From Octopus vulgaris (lineage: Eukaryota): a stretch of 64,000 nucleotides of DNA. Location of the stretch: the NCBI GenBank assembly GCA_951406725.2, contig OX597814.1, forward strand, positions 75,392,001 through 75,456,000, read 5' to 3'. This document shows, piece after piece, positions 38,132 through 49,143 of the stretch; the first letter of the stretch is position 1; each line of letters starts with the position of its first letter. The notes under the pieces are model-generated. The model was given only the letters and a program-made list of their open reading frames with translations. It ran no database searches and was not told where the DNA came from. A program made the position numbers and the translations under genes.

Positions 38132-40957
38132 CTAGTCTTGCCGGGTCTTCTCACGCACAGCATACTTCCATAGGTCTTGGTCTCTAGTCATTTCCTTGGT
38201 GAGACCTAAAGTTCGAAGGTCGTGCTTCACTACTTCGTCCCAGGTTTTCCTGGGTCTACCTCTTCCACAGGTTCCCTCAACTGCTAGGGTGTAGCACTTT
38301 TGCACACAACTATCTTCAGCCATTCTCGTCATATGACCATACCAGCGCAGCCGTCTCTCTTGCACACCACAACTGACGCTTCTTAGGTTCAACTTTTCTC
38401 TCAAGGTACTTACACTCTGACGATTATGAACACTGACATTACACATCCATCGGAGCATACTGGCTTCATTTCTTGCGAGCTTACGCATATCCTCAGCAGT
38501 CACGGCCCATGTTTCACTACCATGTAGCATGGCTGTACGTACACATGCATCATACAGTCTGCCTTTTACTCTGAGCGAGAGGCCTTTTGTCACCAGCAGG
38601 GGTAAGAGCTCTCTAAACTTTGCCCAGGCTATTCTTACTCTAGCAGTTACACTTTCAGCACACCCACCCCAGCTACTGACTTGGTCTCCTAGGTAGCGGA
38701 AGCTATCAACTACTTCTAGTTTGTCTCCCTGGAACGTGGTAGAAGTTGGTCTCTGCACATTTCCAGTGTTTATTTCTCCTGAGCATCTGCCACATATGAA
38801 AACTATCTTCCCAGTTAGCCTACCTTTGACATTGCTGCACCTCTTATGTGTCCATAGCTTACACTTGGTGCACCTTATAGAGTTTCTACCTACACCTTTT
38901 TTACAGATCGAGCAGGGCCATCTACCTGAAGTCGTTTGTGGTTGGTCCACCTTCCTACTTATTAGGACTTTGGTTTTGGCTAGGTTGATTCTAAGGCCTT
39001 TCGATTCTAATCCTTGTTTCCACACCTGAAACTTCTCCTCCAGTTCTGTTAGTGACTCAGCAATTAGAGCAAGGTCATCAGCATAGAGGAGCTCCCAGGG
39101 GCATCCTGTCTTGAATTCTTCCGTTATTGCCTGGAGGACTATGATAAATAGGAGGGGGCTGAGGACTGAACCTTGGTGGACCCCAACCTCTACCCGGAAT
39201 TCTTCACTGTACTCGTTGCCAACCCTCACTTTACTAGCAGCGTTTCTGTACATGGCTCGCACAGCTCTCACTAACCAGCCATCTATCCCTAGTTTCCTCA
39301 TTGACCACCAGATAAGGGATCGGGGGACCCTGTCAAAGGCTTTCTCCAAGTCAACAAAAGCCAGGTACAAGGGCTTACCTTTGGCTAGGTATTTCTCCTG
39401 CAGCTGTCTTACCAGGAATATAGCATCAGTAGTACTTTTCCCTGGCACAAACCCAAACTGCATATCATCTAAGCTAACTCTCTCTCTAATTAATTGGGCT
39501 ATAACCCTCTCCGTAACCTTCATTACCTGATCCAGCAGCTTGATGCCCCTGTAGTTATTTGTATCTAGGGCGTCGCCTTTACCTTTGTAGCAGTTGACTA
39601 TTATGCTGCTACACCAGTCATTGGGTATGACTCCTTCGTGTATCACCTGGTTAACTATATGGGTGACTATGCTATAGCCGACACTACCAGATATTTTGAG
39701 CATCTCTGCAGTAATTCCTGATGGGCCTGGGGCTTTCCCTGTCTTCATGCTTCTAATTGCCTTAGCTACCACGGAACTATCAACTCGGATAGCTGGTCCC
39801 TCTGTTGGGTCAACATTCGGCAGACTCTCTTTATCCCATTCATTTTCCTCATTCAGCAACCTTTCATAGTGGCGTCTCCAAGCCTCTCTCTTTGCATCCT
39901 CATTTAGCGCAAGTGAACCGTCATCCTTGCGAACATATTTCTCTCCTACCACATCACGATTCTCTCTCACACACTGTCTTGCAACACGAAATACCTCAAG
40001 TCTTTCATCCTCACGGCGCAGGACATTGGCAAATTTTCTCTTATCTGCTTCCCCTCTGGCTAGATAGACCTGTCTCCTAGCTTCCCTTCTGGCAGTCTGA
40101 TACACTTCCCTGCTACCACCGTTCTTCCAAGCCTGTTTCTTTTGTCTAATAGCCCAGTCAATAATATTGTTCCACCACCACGTTATTTTGGGTCTTAAAG
40201 GGACTTTGCACCAACCGCAGATCTGGTCAGTGGCTTTCAGCAGGTTGTCCCTCAGAAGCGCCCAGTTGTCTTCTACCCCATGCGTAGCTATACCCCCTTC
40301 CATTTCGTCAAAGGCTTCAAGTAACATGTCTCTAAATCTCTGTCCATTCACAGGGTCTTTAAGCTTCCAGACCCTTCTTCTCCATGTTGGTCGTCTTCTA
40401 GTCGCCCTCTTAGTCCTGATCCTAAAGTCACTAACTACCAGTCTATGTTGTGGGGTGCATTCTTCGCCTGGAAAGATTTTGGCATTTATAAGCAGCCGTC
40501 TTTCCCTTTTTCTGGCAAGGATGTAGTCGATTTGGCTAGTATGCCGGCCCGATCGGTAGGTGACCAGGTGGCTTGTTGGTTTCCTGAAGTTAGTGTTGCA
40601 GACCATAAGACTATTCGCATCGCAGAACTCCAGCAGCCTGGTTCCCTCCTCGTTGCGGGAACCATAACCGTAGCCTCCATGTACGCCATGGAAGCCCCCA
40701 GCATGTCGTCCAACATGCCCATTGAAATCACCAGCCACAAAGAGAAGGTCCCTGTCGTTCGTCAATGAGGTGGTCTGCAGTAGGGTGTCATAGAAACTGT
40801 CTTTCTGTCCATCGGGTAGCCCTGGCTGAGGGGCATAGGCCGATATGATGGTTGCTAATCTATTATGAAGCACTATTCTAATCTTAAGTATTCTGTCACT
40901 TACTCTGATTACCTCAATTACTCTATCTACCCATTTCTCAGCGATAAGTATACCCAC
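38132..40957 (-). CDS. RTE ORF: AP-like endonuclease (N-terminus missing), reverse transcriptase, PHD-like finger and C-terminal domain
   Basis: 941 aa open. APE motifs AYAP, GDFNGHVG, SQIDYIL, QHRLV. RT motifs KAPGPSG, NYRGIKLL, QFGF, FVDLEKAFD, GVHQGSVLSPLLF, LLYADD, FRYLG. The open frame extends 16 codons upstream to 41005. Confidence 0.95.
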   Translation of the reverse strand: MGILIAEKWVDRVIEVIRVSDRILKIRIVLHNRLATIISAYAPQPGLPDGQKDSFYDTLLQTTSLTNDRDLLFVAGDFNGHVGRHAGGFHGVHGGYGYGSRNEEGTRLLEFCDANSLMVCNTNFRKPTSHLVTYRSGRHTSQIDYILARKRERRLLINAKIFPGEECTPQHRLVVSDFRIRTKRATRRRPTWRRRVWKLKDPVNGQRFRDMLLEAFDEMEGGIATHGVEDNWALLRDNLLKATDQICGWCKVPLRPKITWWWNNIIDWAIRQKKQAWKNGGSREVYQTARREARRQVYLARGEADKRKFANVLRREDERLEVFRVARQCVRENRDVVGEKYVRKDDGSLALNEDAKREAWRRHYERLLNEENEWDKESLPNVDPTEGPAIRVDSSVVAKAIRSMKTGKAPGPSGITAEMLKISGSVGYSIVTHIVNQVIHEGVIPNDWCSSIIVNCYKGKGDALDTNNYRGIKLLDQVMKVTERVIAQLIRERVSLDDMQFGFVPGKSTTDAIFLVRQLQEKYLAKGKPLYLAFVDLEKAFDRVPRSLIWWSMRKLGIDGWLVRAVRAMYRNAASKVRVGNEYSEEFRVEVGVHQGSVLSPLLFIIVLQAITEEFKTGCPWELLYADDLALIAESLTELEEKFQVWKQGLESKGLRINLAKTKVLISRKVDQPQTTSGRWPCSICKKGVGRNSIRCTKCKLWTHKRCSNVKGRLTGKIVFICGRCSGEINTGNVQRPTSTTFQGDKLEVVDSFRYLGDQVSSWGGCAESVTARVRIAWAKFRELLPLLVTKGLSLRVKGRLYDACVRTAMLHGSETWAVTAEDMRKLARNEASMLRWMCNVSVHNRQSVSTLREKLNLRSVSCGVQERRLRWYGHMTRMAEDSCVQKCYTLAVEGTCGRGRPRKTWDEVVKHDLRTLGLTKEMTRDQDLWKYAVREKTRQD

Positions 40958-41005
40958 GCCACCAACCCCGTCAGTGTTCCCTGCCCAGAAAATCTTGTAC
41001 CTGTG

Positions 41006-41067
<62 letters not shown>

Positions 41068-42289
41068 CAGTCATATATTTCCATCTGAGTTTGTGCCTGC
41101 TCATAGGCATTTCGCAAAATTCACATTAGCAACAAGGTTTGAAGACAAATTCTTTAAATTATTTCGAAACCCTATAGTTTAAAGATTGCCATCTGGTATA
41201 GAAATAAGAATAACTATCTTTGTATACAAAACCTCCTACACAGGAATTTACTTTCCCTCATTCATCACTTGTAACTAATAACGGACAAGGTTGTTAAAGC
41301 ATTATTAACTGAAATGATGCTTCAGTAAATCTATTCTAATATGTTCTATGTATCAAATTCTACTACTAAATAAGGTGGAGAGAAGAATATGGAATCACTA
41401 AAACTCCTGGAAACTAAAAATCTATTTCACTGTTGTAGAATAAAATGTCCTATCAGAAGAGATTCAAGAACATCCTTTTGTACTTTCAACAAAATATTAC
41501 GATACTTTTGTTTCACCCTTCTTGAGCTATGAGAAAAATCTGTCTATGATGAAAAGGAAGTCCTGAAACACTATTGTTCTTCATTCCTTTGATATATTTG
41601 CAGCAAGATGATGTTTATGATAGGAGCAGCTTATCAACTGAAGGAAAACATTTTTCTGGATAACTACTATGATCGATACAAAATTAGACAACACACACAT
41701 ACACATTATTATTTATCTAAATATGATCATTGTCTTTGCTGTTTCATTCCAACAATCAAACACAGAAAAAATACTTTCAACATCAAATATTGCATTATAT
41801 AGTAGAAATCTTCCAGTGTTGGTAGCAGTTACTTTAAAAGAGGTACATCAACTTATATTCTATCTTGAGGACAGAAAAGAAAGAACACTATTTGGAAAGT
41901 AATTTACAATCTTCTACTGTATGCCAATTGCTTAGACAGTTGAGGAAGTTTACTATTAAATAATAAAAATACAAAACCATAGCTTAATAGTTTTCAGGAT
42001 ATTTTTAATTTCACATAATTATAATATTTATGAGAAGAAACTTGTTTTTACTTCACATTGTTATTATATTGAGCAGATATATACTATAACATGACATGGT
42101 TAAATTTAGAAGGATAAGTGAAACAGCAGGAGATACAAAGATGTTGTAAGCCCTTCTGATGTTAACTGAAGATATCACAATGTCTGGAACCTTTTGACAT
42201 CTTCAGTAGGCATTTTAGGGTTACAAGTGCTTTGCCCATTAGCCTATATGCTTTGACCGAATGGGGCAACAAGAACTGAATAGGCTTTT

Positions 42290-42790
42290 GCTTACTCAAG
42301 GAAAGCATCTATGGTCTTTTGTCAGCCACAACCACCTCAAGCTGATCTCAGTTGCCATGGTTTCCTCCAGTTCTTTGAGTCCCAAATCTATCTTGTGCAA
42401 GAAATAGCACATTGATCTTACTGGGAAACAATGACATCCAATTTCCTTGGTTAATGAGATTACATGCCGCCCTTTGGAAAGAGCCTCATTAACCAAGTCC
42501 AGGTATTTGCCTTTCTTTAGTTATACAGCAATATTCCTCTGTTGCTTCTCAGCCCCTCGGCACTATAAACTTAGTCTTGCTCCCAGCATTGGCACTGCTT
42601 CAAACTCTTGGTGCTACAATTGCCAAATCCTAAACCATCCATGACAGACTACCACAACAATCCCCTAGTGATTCCAGTATGCTCTGCTTCTTTCACAGCT
42701 TCCTTGAGCTTTCACTTCTTGTTACCTTTTATCATCTTATGTATGTGTCTAACTTTTTCAACCCATGATAGAAGCAATGTACTGACTGCT
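42290..42790 (-). pseudogene. Relic of a restriction-like-endonuclease non-LTR element (Hero/NeSL-like) C-terminus
   Basis: Peptide EIGCHCFPVRSM...KELEE...SLRWLWL resembles the EVGCRGF...S.WLW C-terminal signature. Recognised by eye. Confidence 0.55.
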
Positions 42791-42800
42791 CTAACCTTAG

Positions 42801-44462
42801 CCCTTTAGTGTTCAGATTAATCTGTCAAATGTAATGCTTATTTGTTCATGTTATTTTGAATTATTCAGGTTCAAGAGGAGTGTCCAGAATATTTGCTTGC
42901 AACTTTGTTAATTTTTTACATACAGATTTGAAATTTTGTCAATCAGTGCTTATATACCAGTGGTTTATAATTATGTAATTTTAACTGATCTTTCTGATTA
43001 AATTTGACTTTTATGGACAGGTAAATTTAAACAACAGGTGTAAAAACAATAACATTATGGATACACACTAAAATTGAAATTCTTAATGCATCTTACCTGT
43101 TTGATTTGTAACTAATAATTATCCCAGATGTCAACTGCCAACAATTTTGTCACTTTTCAAGATGAGATACTTTTATTTGAATTAATTAAAATACAGGTGT
43201 AACGCACAAGATTTTATTCTTTTTCTATATTTCATTCAAATATTTTCATTGAAAATAAAGTACAAAACTCTTTTACTAGTCAATATACCAATGGCTATGT
43301 ACTCTATGTATCTAATAAAAAAGCTCATTAACACATGAGGCAAAGGTGAATACAAGTGTGTAACATACTGAAAATTAATATGTATTTCTCCCTTTCACAT
43401 ATTATTTGTAATAAAATGAAAGGAATATATCAAAAGGATGTGTTATAATATTATTCCACATATGCAAAAACAGCCATATTAACAATCCAATAATACTATT
43501 CCACATATACAAAAACAGCCATACTATCAATCCAACATACTTCCATCATCAGCTGCCCCACAGATATCATTATGGTTTCGACACCTGGGCAGTGCCATTC
43601 AATCCGGCAGTGTCAACAGCACTAAAATAAGTGTTGTTTGAGAACAAAGAAACCACAACTTTCAAACACATTTACCCTTATGTACAACCGTATCAGTAAA
43701 TAAATTCAATAAGTAAATTACAACTCCTAAATAGACATAATTCTGGAGATATATGAATCACCATACCATATATCAAGACTCCAGTAGTTCCACAGTTGAA
43801 GAAGCTGCTTGATGCCAAACAATGTTTATAGTAAAAAAAAAGCTTGCATTTCAGCAGTATCAGTTGGCTGCCATAGTGGATTGGGTCTTCCACGAATGTT
43901 GAGCATATATATTTGTTTCCTCATAAAAAACTTTCTGGTAAAAATAAATAGTCCAATGGTTGAGCATTGGGAGGTAGTTTGTGTTGTGGACTAGTCTTTT
44001 CTGAGAAATCAGGAATTGTGGTTGATGCTGCCATAATGTTTTCAATATCATTTTCATCACTTTCATTTTTATCACTTTCATTATTGAAATTTTCCTTGCC
44101 TGACAAAGATTCATAAATATCAATATCAGATTCGTCCAAAGACATATCACTCTTGTTTTTGTTTATATTTTGTACATCATTAAGGGTAAAATGTTCAAAG
44201 TCAGAATTGCTATTTACTGATGCTATATCATTAAAAACTAAGGTATACACTTCTCTTCAAACATTGAAAAAACCAAGAAATCTCAAAACTTTCATGGTAT
44301 TTTTACTTGAAAAGCTTTATCTCGCACTATCTCAAAGCTACAAGAATTCAATAATGTGATTTGATTATTTTTTTAGCGATTTTGTAGAGGAATCAGATAT
44401 GGCTGGATTTGGCCAGTTCAAACAAATAAAGGGAAATTATTTTTGGTCTGAACACTAAAGGG
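42801..44462 (-). mobile_element. Internally deleted piggyBac-type transposon with TTAG target duplication
   Basis: Perfect 16-bp TIR ccctttagtgttcaga (42801-16 / 44447-62), TTAG on both sides. Minus-strand acidic N-terminus followed by LPPNAQPLDY, EETNIYA and TAEMQAFF, like a PGBD-type transposase N-terminus. Confidence 0.88.
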
Positions 44463-46078
44463 TTAGTGGCTTTAAAGTCTTTTACCAGTGATGGAATTTT
44501 TAAGTGGAATACAATTTCTCCATTAATTCCTCATGATTCATGGAGTATAGGTGACTGTTGTTTGGATATCATATTGTGTTGGAAACACCTCCACTTTAAA
44601 CCTCTTGAAGAGATGGCTACTGTTAACTGCTCTGAACAAGTTGTTCAGTTGGGTCATAATGTCTTTGATATTGCCAACACAAAATAAATATAAAATATAA
44701 ATGTACACATCATTATTTTGATCCTTCTTATTTTGTGTGAGTATACCAAATTAATTCCAGATTGGCAAGCCACAAACAAACATTAGCAGATGTTTGCTGT
44801 TTCTCAATAGGAATATAAGTTCCTGTCAAATTTCAGATAACAAAGGAAGTATCTAACACTGAGAAGGTGAAATTCATTGTGTCTGATAGTCCACAGATGT
44901 AGCTTAAAGCTGGTATGTCTTTATAGCACTAAGTATATGGGGAGAATTTGTTCTCTGAGACAAGTTCTTGCAGCCAGTATGTGTTATTGTGTGCAGGAAC
45001 ATAGTAATAAATGTACACATCATTATTTTTTGACCCTCAATACTTTGTTTATACTGAAAATACACACTGTAACTAGATATAATTACAAAGTTTATGAGCA
45101 GATTTATATATATATAAACACACATATTCTATAACTTAGAGTTGTTAGAGTAGATGTTTTTGACCAGCTATTTACAACAACATGTAAACTAAATATACTG
45201 GCCATAAAAACATCTAGTAATCCCCATAAAATGAATGAATTATATAATAAACTATATAGTTAGCAAATCAATTTCTTATTTGAGAGAAGTGTAGATGGAG
45301 AAAATGTGTTTATACATTTAATGTTAGATTTTGTAGACAACTCACTGTTACATTTTGAAATTGTTGTGTGTTATAGACAAGTGTACAAGCTTTTTGAAAT
45401 AGATTGTTTGCAGAAAAGATTGAAAGAAATATAAGACTCCCTTGCAGTGGGTGAGGAAAACAAAAGGATGATACCTTATAGAAATATCCATCATTATTCT
45501 ATTATGTTCTTTTTCCATGCTGGCATAGGCTGGATGGTTCAATAGCCTCTGAATTAGTTCTTATTAGAATTACAGCACTTCTAGATGAGTCAGAGGACTA
45601 CCTTGTTCAGATAATCTCAGTTTTGGCATAATTTCTTCTGCATGATGCCCTATCAAACACCAATCACTTTATAGAATGTACTGTTTTTTTTTAATACCTT
45701 TTCTTCCACTTTTTTAAAAATTATTATATTCAGTACTAGAGAGATTGTCATGCCTTTGACAAGACCAAAGAGTCTTTTTGACCCCAATCACGTCTGGTGA
45801 TGTCACTATAAAGTTGCTTGGCAGCAACTTTATGGTGGAATCACCAAAAGTAGGGTTACTTTGTACTGCTTAGAAGTTGAATATATGAGAACAACAGTGA
45901 CAGAAGAATATCCAGGATGACTGAGATAGGGAAGTAAGAATGTGATGGTAAGAACAGAGGAACTAAGATGAGAGGGCAATAAAAAAGAAGAGTAGGAAGA
46001 AAGTGATTGAGAGATAAAAGAGATAAGCAATACAAGCATTGATGATAAAGATATTTGTGATAGGTGTGTCAGTGATAA

Positions 46079-47105
46079 TCATCATCATCATTTAGTGTCC
46101 ATTTTCCATGATGGCATGGATTAGATGGTAGGACTGGAGCTAGCAAGCTGGAGAGCTGGCCACACCAGGCTCCAATCTGTTTTGGCAAGGTTTCTACGAC
46201 TGGATGCCCTTACCAATGCCAACAACTCCACAGAGTGTACTGGGTGCTTTTTATGTGTCTTTTATGTGTCACTAGTGCAGGTGCCTTTTATGTTCACTGG
46301 CACAGGCACCTTTCACATGTCACCAGCATGTTACCTTTCATGTGTCACTGACACATGTGTCTTTTATGTGTCACCAGCACATAAAAGTTTTATATGTTAC
46401 TGGCACAGGTACCTTTTATGTGTTCCTGGCACTGACCACACCTATGATATGGTGTCTTCTCCAGCACAAAAGTCTCGGTTCACTTGACATCGCCTCCATG
46501 AGACTCAACATCCAAAGATTATATTTCACCACCTTATCCCACATTTTCCTGGGTCTACCTCTTCCATAGGTTACCCTGCACAGTCAGAGATTAGCACTTC
46601 TTTCTACAGCTGTCCACATCCATATGCATCACATAGCCACACTAGTGCATTCTTCTCTCTTGCACTACATCTTATGCCCTTTATACTTAATTTTCCTCTT
46701 AAGACACTCACACTCTTGCACATTCAGTAGAACATACTAACTTCATTTCTTGCAAGCTTTCACATGTCCTCTGCAGTCACAGCCCATGTTTCACTGCCAT
46801 GTAGCATGGGTATAATGTAGCATGGCTGTTTGCACAAAGGCATCATACAATCTGCTTTTCACTCTGAGAGAGAGGCCCTTTGTTACTGACAAAGGTAGCA
46901 ACTCTCAAAATTTCACCCATCCTGTTCTTATTCTAGCAGCTACACTCTCAGAGCATCATCATCCACTGCTGATTTTGGTCACCTAGGTAACAGAAGCTAT
47001 CTATTACTTCTAGATGTCCTCCTGGCCATTTGACAAAGTCTATTTTTCACACATTCTTATTGTGCCTACACATCTGCCACACACAAAGACCATTTTTTCT
47101 GTTTG
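46079..47105 (-). mobile_element. Old RTE LINE 3' fragment with a short-unit 3' UTR array
   Basis: (atc)n tail, ttttatgtgtcac units of about 20-25 bp at 46247-46432, degraded ORF homology to about 47100. Confidence 0.87.
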
Positions 47106-47599
47106 ACTACTTTATCAAATAAACAAAAGATGTAGACTTAGCATTATGTGTGTTTCTATATATGTATACATACAAACACACTCACACAATTTTAATATCC
47201 ATTATACTCTATATGCATGGGTGAGTATGTCTTTTCCCACACAGCAGGTCACCACTTGGCACAATCCTTTGTCATCTCCTCCATGGGATGCAACTACAGA
47301 TTAGTGTTATGTCTTCCTCAATTTCCTTTAATATTTTTCCATGGCCATGAACAACATCGCTTATTTGATGATGATGATGCCCATTTACAACTATAATGTG
47401 ACGTCAAAATAAGGGCACACACACGAAGGGTTTCTTTCAGTTTCTGTCAACCAAATCAACTTACAAGGTTTTGATCAGCCCAGGGCTGTAGAAGAAGGAC
47501 AGGAACTCCAAACTGCTAATGCAAATCAAAATCAAGCTGTTCATTGTAACTGTCAAATCAATGCTATCATATGGCAGTGAAATATGGACACTGACAAAG

Positions 47600-47900
47600 A
47601 AACTATCAAATAGGCTAGATGGCTACTACAAATGGCCCTGAATGTGAAATGGCAGCAACATATGACAAGTTGAAAGTTAACAAGAAGATCAAGCAAATTA
47701 GGTAATATAACTATTTGGTTACTACATGAGCCGTCCTGGAATGGAAGCATCCAAATTAGTCTTTTGGAATGCATATGGTGATGTAAGAAGAGGAAAATAT
47801 CATTACACTTTTATCAACAAGTTGATCACAACACTGGTCTGGAATGTATACAGGAATTTGAGGTAATGATGTTCGACCAAGAAATGTGGCAAGTGGACTT
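47600..47900 (+). pseudogene. C-terminal relic of the older RTE-like family (cf. 23425)
   Basis: ALNVKWQQHMT, ASKLVFW and TGLE...MFDQEMW fragments resemble RTE C-termini. Confidence 0.55.
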
Positions 47901-49143
47901 CGTTGCTGCAGCCTGGGTTGGTACCTGGTCATGAAAATAAATAATGCAATGGGACTGAACCTGAAACTACATAGTGAAGTAAGCTTCTCAGCCAAGCACC
48001 CACAATGCTAAATTCACTGAAGGGGAGAAAGAGGAATGCAGAAGTGCAGCTTAGCAAGACAAATGTCCCATGATTTTTATGCAGGTATGGGATTTCAGAA
48101 AAATGATTTCTAAAGCATATAATTATTGCCACTAACCATAGTGATAATGGTTGACAATTTTAGAATTGATTGAATTACTTATCAGTATTTATACTTAACA
48201 GAGAAGAAAAAATAAGAGTTAGATAGGGTCCAGGAAGAAAGAGGGAAAATATATTTTGTCAAGTTGCTGAATCATTTTATGAAATGAAAAAGTGAACTAA
48301 GGAGGGAACCTTTACATGGTAACTCAACCTGTTAAGAATTGCAGCTAAATCTCTTTCAGACAAATTAAAAGGAGACAAATTAGGTAATATAACTTTAAAT
48401 ACACTACGCTTTACAAAAGAAAACATGACTTTGATCATGGCTGACCTTGGGCTAAACAACTAAAATTGAGGATGAGCAGATATTTTCAGAACAGCTGTTC
48501 AATCTTAATATTCTGTTTTAGAAGACAAACAAGATATAATCAATTTATATTGACTTTTGGTCACAGCTGAGTATTTAAAGTGCTAGTAATAAAAAAAATT
48601 CTTCTCCAACAGTTTTATTGAGTTCAAGTGTAGGGGGAGCCACTTATTATTATCTCAAAGTATATATGTGACAACTTATTAAATATTATTACCAGATAAA
48701 CTATAATTAGATCTTGCAGTTATTATGTACAAATTATTGTTGTTGCTGAGTATTAATTGGCCTATGCTAATAATTAGGCATTTAGCATCTAATGTCTTAA
48801 ACACAAAGATTTCAATCAATTATAATTATCAGCTTTCTGACATTTTGAGCTACAGCAACAGCTGGGTAAAGTATATGTTATAAATGCTACAAGGAAGAAT
48901 AATAACATCTGACATGGCCTGGTCCCCACACCCGGCACAGGAAGGATACAATAGATGACCATCTTCCATTTGCCACAAACCAATAAATCTTATAGACCAT
49001 CACCTGTGTCTACTTAAAGTAGAGATATGTCATCTTTTTATGTTCATAAATGTTTAAAGAATTATTACAATATCTTATGAAGCATCTTGCTACTGATTTC
49101 TGTCTTTTTCCTGAAATGCAATATTAGACATCACAAAGAGGAT

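Larger units (their letters stand above)
37483..41007 (-). mobile_element. RTE LINE subfamily A, near full-length, 5'-truncated inside the endonuclease, flanked by (TA)n
   Basis: (ATC)n tail at 37483, 3' UTR array, long ORF. Coding homology (HRYKIFWAGNTDGVGGVG) stops abruptly at the (TA)n tract starting about 41009. Confidence 0.96.

Noticed and set aside
38721-40768. Several plus-strand ORFs of 90-140 aa
   Set aside because: Antisense shadows of the RTE ORF.
43573-43610. Minus-strand TTGAATG-GCAC...GTGTC-GAAA hammerhead-like motif
   Set aside because: The core deviates at essential positions (G8/A9) and stems I and III are absent.
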